Shown here in pieces: positions 1-7,949 of a stretch of DNA of 60,385 nucleotides. Numbering within the stretch: the first letter of the stretch is position 1; the number at the start of each line of letters is the position of its first letter. The notes under the pieces are model-generated. The model saw only the letters and a program-made list of their open reading frames with translations. It was not told where the DNA came from and did no database searches. A program made the position numbers and the translations under genes. The DNA lies in IMG/VR virus record IMGVR_UViG_3300036859_000207, positions 1-60,385 of that record; one strand, given 5' to 3'. The stretch is from a virus (lineage: Duplodnaviria > Caudoviricetes).

Positions 1-227
1 TCTTCCTGCAAGTCACCAATCAGCGCTTCTGCGTGACGCCACACGGGTGCGAGACGAAGGAGGAAGCCGAGTGGACGCGCGACATGCTGTGCATCGCGCT
101 TGACCAAGTGGTGCGCGACCACGCGAACAAGTAACTATGAGGTTCACTCGGCTGAGATGCAGAGTTCAGAAGCCACCCGGACATGGGTGGGAGCCCCGCC
201 AATTCGTCCCGCCCAAGGAGAACAGCA

Positions 228-557
228 ATGGGTGAGATTGCCACCACTCCTATAGAGTTCTTCAGCCCGAAGACGCTAGCACAGCGCTGGTCACGCTCGC
301 GCCAGCATGTCTATGATCTGATCGCCGCTGGCGAGATCAAGGCAACGCCGTGGGGCCGGCTCGTGCAAATCCACCGGGCCGAGGTAGAGCGCTTTGAGAG
401 GAAGATGCTATGCGAGACGGGTACATCATCGGACGCTACCGCGGCGAATTCTGCGCCAAGCTCTTCGTCAACGGTAAAAGAGTCAGCCGAGTTACGCTTG
501 GCACGGATAACGCAGAGGAGGCGCAACGACAAATCCGCGACCTCAACGCCGAGTTGA
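228..557 (+). CDS. xis: Excisionase-like HTH protein
   Basis: SD aaggag at 215-220; FSPKTLAQRWSRSRQHVYDLIAAGEIKA winged-HTH pattern; overlaps 5' end of integrase. Confidence 0.8.
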   Translation: MGEIATTPIEFFSPKTLAQRWSRSRQHVYDLIAAGEIKATPWGRLVQIHRAEVERFERKMLCETGTSSDATAANSAPSSSSTVKESAELRLARITQRRRNDKSATSTPS

Positions 558-1501
558 TCCGTGACGCCCTCCCCGAGGTGATCACGGTAGACGCGCTGAT
601 GGACAAGTACATCGCTGACCGTGAGGCCGAGAAGAAGGTCGCCGTTTATCGCATGAAGCAATGCCAGGCGATCCTCAGGCCGCATTTCGGCGCGCTTCGC
701 CCCGAACAGGTCGACAAGGGGTTGTGCACGAAGTTCATCGAGAAGCGGCAGAACGTAAATGTTGCAAATACGACCATCCGCACGGAGCTGGCCTATCTAT
801 CGGCGGCGCTGCAATGGGCCGTCGACATGAAGCTGATAGCGGCCAAGCCGCGCATCTGGAGGCCATCCCGCGGGCGACCGCGAAGCGCCCGTGAGGACTA
901 CCATCTGACCAGGGCGCAGGCGGATCGGCTGTTGGCGGAAGCCAAGGGCACACCGCATCTGTGGCTCTGGATCATCCTGGCGCTCGGAACCGCCGGCCGG
1001 CCGCTGCATATCCTCCAGCTCACCTGGGATCGGGTCGACTTCCACCGCGGCTTCGTCAACCTTGATGACCCGGACCGGGACGCAAACGCAAAGGGGCGCG
1101 CTCGAGTTGCCATGAACGAGAGCGTTCGGGATGCGCTGCTGGAGGCCCGCAGGCGCGCCACCAGCCCGTACGTCATCGAGTTTGAAGGCAAGCCCATCAA
1201 GAGCATCAAGGGCGCCCTGAAGCGTGCCGCAGAGCGTGCCGGCATCGAGGCGAGCCCCTATGTGCTCCGGCATACGGCGGCCGTGTGGATGGCCGAGGCT
1301 GGCGTGCCGATCCCGGAGATCGGACAGATCATGGGGCACAGCAAGCCTGAGATCACCTACAAGGTGTACGCACGCTTCAGCCCAGGACATCAGAAGGGCG
1401 CCGTCTCGAAGCTGGAGGTAATGCGTAGCTCGGCCGGGTCTGTTGAACCGACAACACGGAACGTCGGCGGAACCATCGGGCCAGTCGTGATATCATCGTG
1501 A
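410..1501 (+). CDS. int: Tyrosine integrase
   Basis: Box I GTAGR, box II YVLRH...MGH...TYKVY; directly upstream of tRNA-derived attP. Confidence 0.95.
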   Translation: MRDGYIIGRYRGEFCAKLFVNGKRVSRVTLGTDNAEEAQRQIRDLNAELIRDALPEVITVDALMDKYIADREAEKKVAVYRMKQCQAILRPHFGALRPEQVDKGLCTKFIEKRQNVNVANTTIRTELAYLSAALQWAVDMKLIAAKPRIWRPSRGRPRSAREDYHLTRAQADRLLAEAKGTPHLWLWIILALGTAGRPLHILQLTWDRVDFHRGFVNLDDPDRDANAKGRARVAMNESVRDALLEARRRATSPYVIEFEGKPIKSIKGALKRAAERAGIEASPYVLRHTAAVWMAEAGVPIPEIGQIMGHSKPEITYKVYARFSPGHQKGAVSKLEVMRSSAGSVEPTTRNVGGTIGPVVISS

Positions 1502-1542
1502 AGAAAACCCCAGCAAAACCAACACTCTTTATGTTGAGCGCA

Positions 1543-1590
1543 GCATTCGTAATGCGTGGGTCGGGGGTTCAAATCCCTCCTGCGGCACCA
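1543..1590 (+). other. attP core: 3' half of tRNA-Thr(CGT)
   Basis: gcattcgtaatgcgtgggtcgggggttcaaatccctcctgcggcacca has anticodon loop TTCGTAA, T-arm, acceptor strand and CCA; no 5' half; 40 bp after int stop. Confidence 0.88.
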
Positions 1591-1594
1591 ATAA

Positions 1595-1607
1595 AATCAA
1601 TAGGTTA
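1595..1607 (+). promoter_or_regulatory. IHF-binding site in attP
   Basis: aatcaataggtta matches WATCAANNNNTTR next to the att core. Confidence 0.65.
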
Positions 1608-1714
1608 TGATGAAGTTATGCCTAGCTCAATGGGGTCGTTTGACCCGGTTAGGCAGAAAATAGACCCCGAAAGGGCTGCCGTTGCAACTCAAGAGCGGCA
1701 GCGCTGAACGCCGT

Positions 1715-1741
1715 CTTGCAGCACCGCATTGGTGCTGCAAG
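1715..1741. terminator. Perfect 11-bp hairpin between convergent int and left array
   Basis: cttgcagcacc-gcatt-ggtgctgcaag; a second hairpin lies at about 1674-1702; no clear U-tract. Confidence 0.45.
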
Positions 1742-1793
1742 CGGTTCACCCATTCAGGTGTCCACCAGCACTCTGGCCATCTGCAACTCGCCT

Positions 1794-1826
1794 GGGTCAC
1801 AGGTTCGATCCCTGTACCGCCCACCA
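1794..1826 (+). other. Second tRNA 3' fragment (tRNA-Val-like), possible second or relic att core
   Basis: gggtcacaggttcgatccctgtaccgcccacca has T-arm (acagg-TTCGATC-cctgt), acceptor strand and CCA; no 5' half. Confidence 0.75.
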
Positions 1827-1833
1827 CGCTCCT

Positions 1834-2052
1834 CTATTCTGGTTTGCAGGGCACGCGCGGTACCCGATCTGGCCGGCCCTCTCGATCTTCGCGACTCAGC
1901 TCGACGTAGGCGGCCTCGGCGTATGGGCCGGCAATCTGCGCCAGTGCGGCGGTCGCCTGTACATCTGACAAGCGATGTGTTGATTTCCACGCGCCGACCA
2001 TCTGCCGTAGTTCGGCGATGACCTCCGCGTATGGCCGGTTGATGGGCTTCAT
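1834..2052 (-). CDS. Hypothetical protein (left array)
   Basis: SD gaggagg; ATG at 2052; stop fused to GAGGAG. Confidence 0.65.
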   Translation of the reverse strand: MKPINRPYAEVIAELRQMVGAWKSTHRLSDVQATAALAQIAGPYAEAAYVELSREDREGRPDRVPRVPCKPE

Positions 2053-2063
2053 TGCCTGCCTCC

Positions 2064-2288
2064 TCATGTTCTGTTGGGGGTCTTCTGCAAATCGGCCGCA
2101 ACCGTCGCCACAACGGTCGGCATGATCTGCCGCTTCAGCTCGGCCGTGAATGCTTGGCCTGCAGCCAGCGCGTCGTCCCAATTCTTGAACGGCCCGATGC
2201 GGTTCACGCACTCACCATCGACAAAGACATGGATGTCGGACCCGTGAGGGTGGATCCCGATCTCTGCGTTTACCGTCAGCATCGACAT
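2064..2288 (-). CDS. Hypothetical protein (left array)
   Basis: SD ggagg; C-terminus DLQKTPNRT is encoded by the junction repeat. Confidence 0.65.
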   Translation of the reverse strand: MSMLTVNAEIGIHPHGSDIHVFVDGECVNRIGPFKNWDDALAAGQAFTAELKRQIMPTVVATVAADLQKTPNRT

Positions 2289-2290
2289 GG

Positions 2291-2488
2291 CTACAGCGCC
2301 CTCCGAAACATCTGGCTCAGCATCTCGTGGAGAATGCGAGCCTCCATCTGAGTGATGATGTTCTCCGAGGTCGACTTCGGCCCCACAATCTTTATGGTCG
2401 CGCGCCCGACAGCCATCATGGTTCCGGGTGTGCGGGTTACGCTCATGGAAATCTTGTTGTCCAGCTCGTTGACAAACTCCCGCTGCAT
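2291..2488 (-). CDS. Hypothetical protein (left array)
   Basis: SD taggagg; tightly packed. Confidence 0.6.
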   Translation of the reverse strand: MQREFVNELDNKISMSVTRTPGTMMAVGRATIKIVGPKSTSENIITQMEARILHEMLSQMFRRAL

Positions 2489-2497
2489 CCCAGCCTC

Positions 2498-2698
2498 CTA
2501 TCGTTCTGTCGATTTGCGCAAATCTTCCACCGAAGCCATGTCCCGCAAGTGGTCCTCGATGAGTGCTGCTATCCTGCGGTAGCCAGTCATCCAGTGCTGG
2601 AACGCGACGCCGCCAACCGCATACGGGCACGCGGTCTCCACCTCGCCGAGCTCGGCGGCTCGTTCGCCCATCTTCTGCCACTTGATGACCGAGCCCAC
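2498..2698 (-). CDS. Rmf/CrpP-fold-like small protein (left array)
   Basis: GTG with SD gggagg; ACPY...HWMTGY pattern resembles ribosome modulation factor. Confidence 0.5.
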   Translation of the reverse strand: MGSVIKWQKMGERAAELGEVETACPYAVGGVAFQHWMTGYRRIAALIEDHLRDMASVEDLRKSTER

Positions 2699-2708
2699 GC
2701 GCACCTCC

Positions 2709-2864
2709 CTATCGGAATTGACCGTCGCAGAGATAGCGATGCGCAGCAGCCATCTTGAAAGCGTACCGCCATCGCATCGGTCCTGCGCCATGCCGCTTGC
2801 GGCGAACGATCCACAGCGCTCGCGCCCACATCTTCCAGCCGTAGAGCCATCGCCAGGCGTGCAC
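2709..2864 (-). CDS. Small Trp/Arg-rich hypothetical protein (left array; below ORF-track cutoff)
   Basis: GTG with SD gaggag; 51 aa; fills the gap exactly. Confidence 0.5.
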   Translation of the reverse strand: MHAWRWLYGWKMWARALWIVRRKRHGAGPMRWRYAFKMAAAHRYLCDGQFR

Positions 2865-2874
2865 GTGCTGCTCC

Positions 2875-3060
2875 TCAATTTCTCTCGCGAATGCGGCGCC
2901 TAAGCCGTCGCGCGGCCTCTGTCTTCTCGACGATCAGATCGCCAATATCTGCGTGCGGCTGGTTGGCCTCAGCGATCCGCAGCGCCTCTAACTGCGCCAA
3001 CGTCGCCTCAAGCTCCGCCGCGAGTTTCGCCTTCTTCTGCAACCTCACAGAGGTACGCAT
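2875..3060 (-). CDS. Hypothetical coiled-coil protein (left array)
   Basis: SD aggag; helical composition. Confidence 0.6.
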   Translation of the reverse strand: MRTSVRLQKKAKLAAELEATLAQLEALRIAEANQPHADIGDLIVEKTEAARRLRRRIRERN

Positions 3061-3076
3061 CGTCTCTCCTATCTTA

Positions 3077-3280
3077 TCAGGGGTCGCCAGCGAACACGTC
3101 GTTGGCGCCAGCTTCGATTTCATCTCCATCGCGCTCAGTCATCTCGTTGCGAAGACGCTCAAGGAGAGCATGCGTTGTGTTTGGAACGGGCGTCGGGAAC
3201 TTGGCTTCCACATACTCGCCCCAGCTTACAAGCTGGCGCACTTCGTCATCACTTAGCTCGAACATCGCGTCGCTCCTCAT
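3077..3280 (-). CDS. Hypothetical protein (left array)
   Basis: ORF track; SD present. Confidence 0.6.
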   Translation of the reverse strand: MRSDAMFELSDDEVRQLVSWGEYVEAKFPTPVPNTTHALLERLRNEMTERDGDEIEAGANDVFAGDP

Positions 3281-3462
3281 TTCCGCACTTCGATGACGCG
3301 CGTTGATTGACCGTCAAGCATCGCCCGCTTGCGCTCCGCATCGGCCGACAATCGGTCCACGAAGCACGTGGCGTAGCTCTGACTTTTCATCCACCCAGCG
3401 ACACGATGCCACCAGCGCTGCGGATATCGGTCGTCTTCCGGCCACTCAATCACGAAGGGCAT
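3277..3462 (-). CDS. Hypothetical protein (left array)
   Basis: SD ggaggag before ATG at 3462. Confidence 0.6.
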   Translation of the reverse strand: MPFVIEWPEDDRYPQRWWHRVAGWMKSQSYATCFVDRLSADAERKRAMLDGQSTRVIEVRK

Positions 3463-3641
3463 CTGGTTCTCCTCCGCCGCCAGCCTGCCACGCCGTACAT
3501 ACACATCACGAAGAACCACCAGTTTGCTCTCCACCGATGACCACATGTCCAAGTTGGTTGCAGCCGGCGGCATTCTCGGTTGTGCCAAATGACTGCGAGG
3601 ATCGCCCTGGGCAGCCGCAACAGGCTCAGACGTGGTCGCAA
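3450..3641 (-). CDS. Hypothetical protein (left array)
   Basis: TTG start with SD aaggag; fills gap. Confidence 0.4.
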   Translation of the reverse strand: MRPRLSLLRLPRAILAVIWHNRECRRLQPTWTCGHRWRANWWFFVMCMYGVAGWRRRRTRCPS

Positions 3642-3656
3642 CTCAATGCTCCTTTG

Positions 3657-3845
3657 CTACCTGTCTACGAAATACTCTTCGATCTGATAGTCGGTCGAGG
3701 AGATGCAATCGAACTTTCGACGCTTGGTTTCCTCGAAGTCTCGTTCGGTTGCAGCGTGCGCTTTTTCTCGGGTCGAGAACACGCCGATCATTCGCGGATC
3801 GCGCAGAGTTTCTTTGCCAAAGGTGACAACGAATACCGTCTTCAC
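3657..3845 (-). CDS. Small phage protein, VFVV...IGVFSTREKA family
   Basis: Common small phage-protein motif; SD taggag. Confidence 0.7.
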   Translation of the reverse strand: MKTVFVVTFGKETLRDPRMIGVFSTREKAHAATERDFEETKRRKFDCISSTDYQIEEYFVDR

Positions 3846-3854
3846 GTCGCGCTC

Positions 3855-4082
3855 CTATCTTGACAGCCCAAGCGCGCGCTTCAACCCCGCGAGGGTTTGG
3901 CCACCGCTTCGCTCGAAGTCCTGCAATGCACGTCGCGCGGCCGCTCGATCCTGCTCAGCTCGTCGTTCGGCAACCGCAGCCGCCGCCTCCGCATTGAGGC
4001 ATTCACGGCAGAACAAGTAGCCGTGCCTGTCGCATGTCCACTTGCCAGGGCCGATGCCAGCGTGGTGTGTGCCGTATCTCAT
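3855..4082 (-). CDS. Hypothetical zinc-finger-like protein (left array)
   Basis: CxxH...CxxC; SD gaggagg. Confidence 0.6.
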   Translation of the reverse strand: MRYGTHHAGIGPGKWTCDRHGYLFCRECLNAEAAAAVAERRAEQDRAAARRALQDFERSGGQTLAGLKRALGLSR

Positions 4083-4093
4083 TCGTGCCTCCT

Positions 4094-4318
4094 CTATTCC
4101 GGGTGCCTTGCAAATCTTCCGTCCATGAACTCGCCAATCGGGCGAACCCATACGCGCCCATCGCCATGCGCTTTGTAGACGACAACTGTTGCCAGCGTCG
4201 CCTCGATCTCAGCCACGGCGATCACGTCGTAATAGCCGCCCGTCTTCCGGTGTCGGAACGTATCTCCCATCGACACTTGGCTCAGCGGCTCACCCGTTTC
4301 CACGACTGTCACGTTCAA
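4094..4318 (-). CDS. DUF1653-like SH3-fold protein
   Basis: FRHRKTGGYYDVI...VVVYK...VWVRPIGEFMDGRF signature. Confidence 0.8.
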   Translation of the reverse strand: MNVTVVETGEPLSQVSMGDTFRHRKTGGYYDVIAVAEIEATLATVVVYKAHGDGRVWVRPIGEFMDGRFARHPE

Positions 4319-4323
4319 TGCTC

Positions 4324-4530
4324 CTAAACTTCTGTTGGGGTCTTCTGCAAATCTCGCAGGGTGCGCAAGTCCAGAGGTTTCACGCCAAGCCTGTAGCAGT
4401 CGCCAGCGTGCCAGTAGAGTGCCGGTTCGCGATCCATGGTGTAAACGACACGCTGACCCCGCTCGATGGACTTCCCGCAGTGGTCACACACCTCGCCGCA
4501 GTTCTTGAATGGCGTCACCAACTTCAACAT
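4324..4530 (-). CDS. Hypothetical zinc-binding protein (left array)
   Basis: CDHCGKSI...WHAGDC; C-terminus DLQKTPTEV comes from the junction repeat. Confidence 0.65.
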   Translation of the reverse strand: MLKLVTPFKNCGEVCDHCGKSIERGQRVVYTMDREPALYWHAGDCYRLGVKPLDLRTLRDLQKTPTEV

Positions 4531-4534
4531 CGCT

Positions 4535-4621
4535 TTATCCCTTCGTGGGCAAGATGCAGTCCAGCACAAGGCCGATAGCGAAGAACGCCCACATGAGGCC
4601 GACGATCTCTGCCCACGGCAT
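4535..4621 (-). CDS. 28-aa single-TM peptide (left array)
   Basis: SD taggagg; MPWAEIVGLMWAFFAIGLVLDCILPTKG. Confidence 0.45.
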   Translation of the reverse strand: MPWAEIVGLMWAFFAIGLVLDCILPTKG

Positions 4622-4630
4622 ATGTGCCTC

Positions 4631-4807
4631 CTATTCTGCTGACGGTTTTTGCAAACCCCACAACACTGCGGCTTTGATCAGACCACCCATGCCGCTCAAG
4701 ATCATTCCTGCAGCAACCCACCAGTTGGGCGCAGCTCCGAGCAGCGCAAAAACGCCAGCAGCGCAGCACCAATTTGCGCACAGCAGCAGGTGAACTCGCT
4801 CGCTCAT
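4631..4807 (-). CDS. Small membrane protein (left array)
   Basis: Two hydrophobic segments; SD gaggagg; ends GLQKPSAE (junction repeat). Confidence 0.6.
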   Translation of the reverse strand: MSERVHLLLCANWCCAAGVFALLGAAPNWWVAAGMILSGMGGLIKAAVLWGLQKPSAE

Positions 4808-5019
4808 GCTGCGCCTCCTCATGTGTTGCTGGCTGAGAACCGATCTTCCCAGCGCTTCGCGTCTTCGGGGTACGCCCACCGCATATCCTCAATCATGCGC
4901 CAGAAGCGTTCCTTATCTTCAGTCTTGTCGTCGCGCATCGCGTACATGTGACGGCGCAACAGATCGCCGTAGACGTACGCGGCTGGCTTCCACGGCTCCT
5001 CCAGGACACGGCCCTCCGA

Positions 5020-5247
5020 TTATTTGATCAGTCCCATTTGCTTGAACTGCTCGCGGCGAGCGAAGTTCTGCAGTTCGCCGCGCGTCACCCACCCGTGGAT
5101 TTTACCGCACCGGATGCATTTGCCGCCGATGCCTTCCGGCATGTCGTGGACGCGGCAGGCGAGACACCGGCCGAAGCGACAGCACATTCGTCCGAGCCAC
5201 TCGCTGAAGGTTTCCAAAATTGTCTCTCCTGCTCTTTCGTGCGACAT
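5020..5247 (-). CDS. Cys-rich hypothetical protein (left array)
   Basis: C...H...CIRCG pattern. Confidence 0.55.
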   Translation of the reverse strand: MSHERAGETILETFSEWLGRMCCRFGRCLACRVHDMPEGIGGKCIRCGKIHGWVTRGELQNFARREQFKQMGLIK

Positions 5248-5296
5248 GCCCCGCAGTAGGGGATCGGCGTTCCGTGTCTACACTTCACAGGCCCTC

Positions 5297-5515
5297 CTAT
5301 CTTGTTGCTTTCTCACGGCGCCAAACCGCGACCGTGACCCAGATTGCGACTGATGCCGTTCCGATAATCATGCTCGCCGCCCCGACGTAGTGTATGAGCG
5401 TTGCCGGCACGTCGATCGGGTCAACCAGGAACCAAAACGCGGCACCGACCACGACGAGAAACAAGCCAGACAATCCGACGCGGATCGGTCCTATCTGTTC
5501 GCTGAAGGGCTCCAT
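5297..5515 (-). CDS. Small two-TM membrane protein (left array)
   Basis: SD taggag; two hydrophobic helices. Confidence 0.65.
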   Translation of the reverse strand: MEPFSEQIGPIRVGLSGLFLVVVGAAFWFLVDPIDVPATLIHYVGAASMIIGTASVAIWVTVAVWRREKATR

Positions 5516-5522
5516 GATGCTC

Positions 5523-5891
5523 CTATGCTGTCGAGACTGGCGCGCAGCCGATGTGGTAGCGCTGGCCCATCGTCGTGATGTGTGCGTCGTGCGGGATTGA
5601 CGTGTAACACGTCGGGCACTGCTTCTCCGGAAACACCTTGAGCGAGCGTTCGATGATGGGGTTGACACATTCGTCTTCCACGTCGACCGCGTCGATGCCG
5701 TTTAGGATGTCACCGAGCTGACTAAGCAAGCACGCCGTGCGCTCGCCAACCTGATCTTCCAGTCCCTCCATGCCAGCGCGGTCCTGGAAGAGGCGCGCAT
5801 AGTCGGAGTGAACCTTCGCAATCACATCGGCCATGTGCGCGATGGCGCGGCACTGGTCGGCGACCTGCTGGCGCTTCGTCTGGGTGTCCAT
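5523..5891 (-). CDS. Hypothetical protein with C-terminal CxxC...HxxC
   Basis: SD aggag; first gene downstream of the recombinase. Confidence 0.7.
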   Translation of the reverse strand: MDTQTKRQQVADQCRAIAHMADVIAKVHSDYARLFQDRAGMEGLEDQVGERTACLLSQLGDILNGIDAVDVEDECVNPIIERSLKVFPEKQCPTCYTSIPHDAHITTMGQRYHIGCAPVSTA

Positions 5892-5905
5892 GTCTTGCTC
5901 CTGTC

Positions 5906-6520
5906 TTACCGTTTGCGCCTAGCCTTGGCGCGCTTCAGATAGTTGTTCACTGACGCGGGACTTATGTCGAATTTGAGCGCCAGCGACGACACCGTTGCGC
6001 CTCGCTTGCGCATCCGCACGAGGGTTGCCGCTTGGCGCGCGGTGAGTTTCGGCTGCGCTCCGTACATGAAACCGGCATCCTGTAGAGCCTTGATGCCAGC
6101 CGACGTGCGCTCTGACGTGCGGTCCACTTCGAGCTGCGCTAGTAGCGCCGTAAGCCCCATGGTGAAGCGACCGATCGGCGTCTTTACTTCCAAATGCGGC
6201 TCTGTGATCGAGCGAATTATGCAGCCGGACTTCTCGACCCGCTCGAGAAGCTTGTAGGCGTCGGAGGTGTTGCGCACGAGCCGGTCGAATTTCCATACCA
6301 GCAGCACATCGCCTGGGCGCAGGTCTATCAGCGCAAGCTCTAGCTGCGGCCGCTTGTGCCGCGTCGCGCTGCGCTTCTCCTGATAGATGTTCCAGCAACC
6401 GGCTTTCTCCAATGCCGCGACTTGCATTCGTAGGTCTTGGTCGTCGGTGCTGACCCTCGCGTAGCCGATCAGCTTGCCGGTCTCCTGCTTCTTCTGCACG
6501 CCAACCCCAGCGGTTTCCAC
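5906..6520 (-). CDS. Small serine recombinase (resolvase/invertase family)
   Basis: GYARVST catalytic motif, LRPGDVLLVWKFDRLVR, ERTSAG and C-terminal HTH. Confidence 0.95.
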   Translation of the reverse strand: METAGVGVQKKQETGKLIGYARVSTDDQDLRMQVAALEKAGCWNIYQEKRSATRHKRPQLELALIDLRPGDVLLVWKFDRLVRNTSDAYKLLERVEKSGCIIRSITEPHLEVKTPIGRFTMGLTALLAQLEVDRTSERTSAGIKALQDAGFMYGAQPKLTARQAATLVRMRKRGATVSSLALKFDISPASVNNYLKRAKARRKR

Positions 6521-6550
6521 AGCTCAACATCACATTTAGCGCAAATCCCC

Positions 6551-6581
6551 TTGACTGTCTAGTAGGCGTACGCTAGTTATA
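6551..6581 (+). promoter_or_regulatory. Sigma70-type promoter driving the right array
   Basis: TTGACT-N17-TAGTTA(T) in a GCTAG context, 26 nt upstream of ATG 6607. Confidence 0.65.
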
Positions 6582-6606
6582 CACCATCAGGCACGGGAGA
6601 GACGTA

Positions 6607-6846
6607 ATGGACCGCTTCAACGTCGCAGATCATGAGACCTTCGTACTTGTGACTGAGAAGACCATTCCGGGGCGCAGCTTTTTCTCATGCTTCGGCGCGA
6701 AAAAGGCGAGCTGGGGCTATCGCGGCTGCGGCGTGTTCAGCGTTCCGAGCGGCGAGCGCGAGGCTAACGTCAAGGCTCTGCTCACCGGCAAGTTTCATCG
6801 CTATCGCGTGTTTGATAACGACACCGGCCGCGAACTCACGATCTGA
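6607..6846 (+). CDS. Hypothetical protein (right array 1)
   Basis: SD gggag; ends TGAGGCC. Confidence 0.7.
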   Translation: MDRFNVADHETFVLVTEKTIPGRSFFSCFGAKKASWGYRGCGVFSVPSGEREANVKALLTGKFHRYRVFDNDTGRELTI

Positions 6847-6856
6847 GGCCGGCCAG

Positions 6857-7159
6857 ATGCGCAAAGACCTAATCCCGATGGTCGGCGGAGTGCCGCAGAC
6901 CCGACACATGATCAGGTTGAGGAAGATGGCAACGCTACCAATTCCGGCAATCGAGCTTCAAACGCTTGCCGCCTACGACGCATCAGACCGGCACATTCCC
7001 GACAGCGACCTTGACGATGAGCAGCCCATTACGCTCACGGTCAGCACGACGCTTGGCGAGGTACGGCGCATGCGGCGTACACATGCGATGATCGCGGAGG
7101 GTAAGCGTCTGCGCGATGCGGACGAGCGTGCACGTATCGCTTACGAAGACAGCCTGTAA
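6857..7159 (+). CDS. Hypothetical protein (right array 2)
   Basis: ATG after AGGCC junction. Confidence 0.65.
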   Translation: MRKDLIPMVGGVPQTRHMIRLRKMATLPIPAIELQTLAAYDASDRHIPDSDLDDEQPITLTVSTTLGEVRRMRRTHAMIAEGKRLRDADERARIAYEDSL

Positions 7160-7171
7160 GAAAGGCCCGAG

Positions 7172-7396
7172 ATGTGCGAGCGGTGCGATGATCTGGAGGA
7201 AGCCCTGACCCGCATCATGCTTTGGGCCGATGCCTACCCTCAGGACATCTTCCACGTGCCCGACGCCGCCGAGCTGAAGCGCGCCCATGAAGTTCTGAAG
7301 GCGAACGGCATGACTATCGATGCGATATCGGCGCACGCTATGCGTCACGCTCTACAGGGCGTTGGCGAGATCGCGCGCGGCATTCTGGCGAAGTGA
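7172..7396 (+). CDS. Hypothetical protein (right array 3)
   Basis: ORF track; AGGCC junction. Confidence 0.7.
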   Translation: MCERCDDLEEALTRIMLWADAYPQDIFHVPDAAELKRAHEVLKANGMTIDAISAHAMRHALQGVGEIARGILAK

Positions 7397-7410
7397 GAGA
7401 GGCCAATCTG

Positions 7411-7629
7411 ATGCCGATAGGCCCGAGCGACATCACGATAGCAAGTCAGGGCGCCAACATGGGCGCCCTGCGGATCATGTCTCGACGGACGGAAGAGCAC
7501 ATCGTCAGGGCCATGCTCCGCGACCTCAACGCGGAGGGACTCGTCGTCGTCAGATTGTCGGACTTTGAGAAAGGGCGTGATCTGATAACCGCGATCAGCG
7601 TCGCGATCAAAACCGACGATGACGTTTAG
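7411..7629 (+). CDS. Hypothetical protein (right array 4)
   Basis: AGGCC junction. Confidence 0.6.
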   Translation: MPIGPSDITIASQGANMGALRIMSRRTEEHIVRAMLRDLNAEGLVVVRLSDFEKGRDLITAISVAIKTDDDV

Positions 7630-7648
7630 TGTAACGGAGGCCTCTAAG

Positions 7649-7906
7649 GTGGCGAAGCCATGGACAAACCAAGTGATGCCGCCGCTGCAAGTGCAGCGAG
7701 AGTTTGGCGTCGCGCTTCTGCCATGCCCGTTCTGCGCGAGCGAGAACGTCGGCATGTGGGTTGTCGGTACGCCGCACGTCACGTGCGGAAGGTGCGAGGC
7801 CGATGGTCCCGCCATTTGGGGACCACGCGAAAACCTGGAAGAGCGCCGTCGCGAAGCAGCACTGCGCTGGAACGTGCGCCCGACTCTTCCTCAACCGTCA
7901 ACGTGA
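7649..7906 (+). CDS. Lar-family restriction alleviation-like protein (right array 5)
   Basis: LLPCPFC...VTCGRCEADGP...AALRWNVR signature. Confidence 0.8.
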   Translation: MAKPWTNQVMPPLQVQREFGVALLPCPFCASENVGMWVVGTPHVTCGRCEADGPAIWGPRENLEERRREAALRWNVRPTLPQPST

Positions 7907-7949
7907 GGCCGCCACGATAGCAATCAACACTTGGGCAGGGAGCGGACCA

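Noticed and set aside
1-111. Terminal repeat as a biological DTR
   Set aside because: It falls mid-ORF and is most simply an assembler overlap of a circular contig.
135-215. Riboswitch upstream of xis
   Set aside because: Only one short hairpin (ccaccc/gggtgg); not enough support.
1543-1826. Functional tRNA genes
   Set aside because: Both lack the 5' acceptor strand and D-arm; treated as att cores.
5906-6520. Gin/Cin-type tail-fibre inversion system or Tn3 transposon
   Set aside because: No adjacent tail-fibre segments, no long inverted crossover sites, no transposase or terminal IRs seen.
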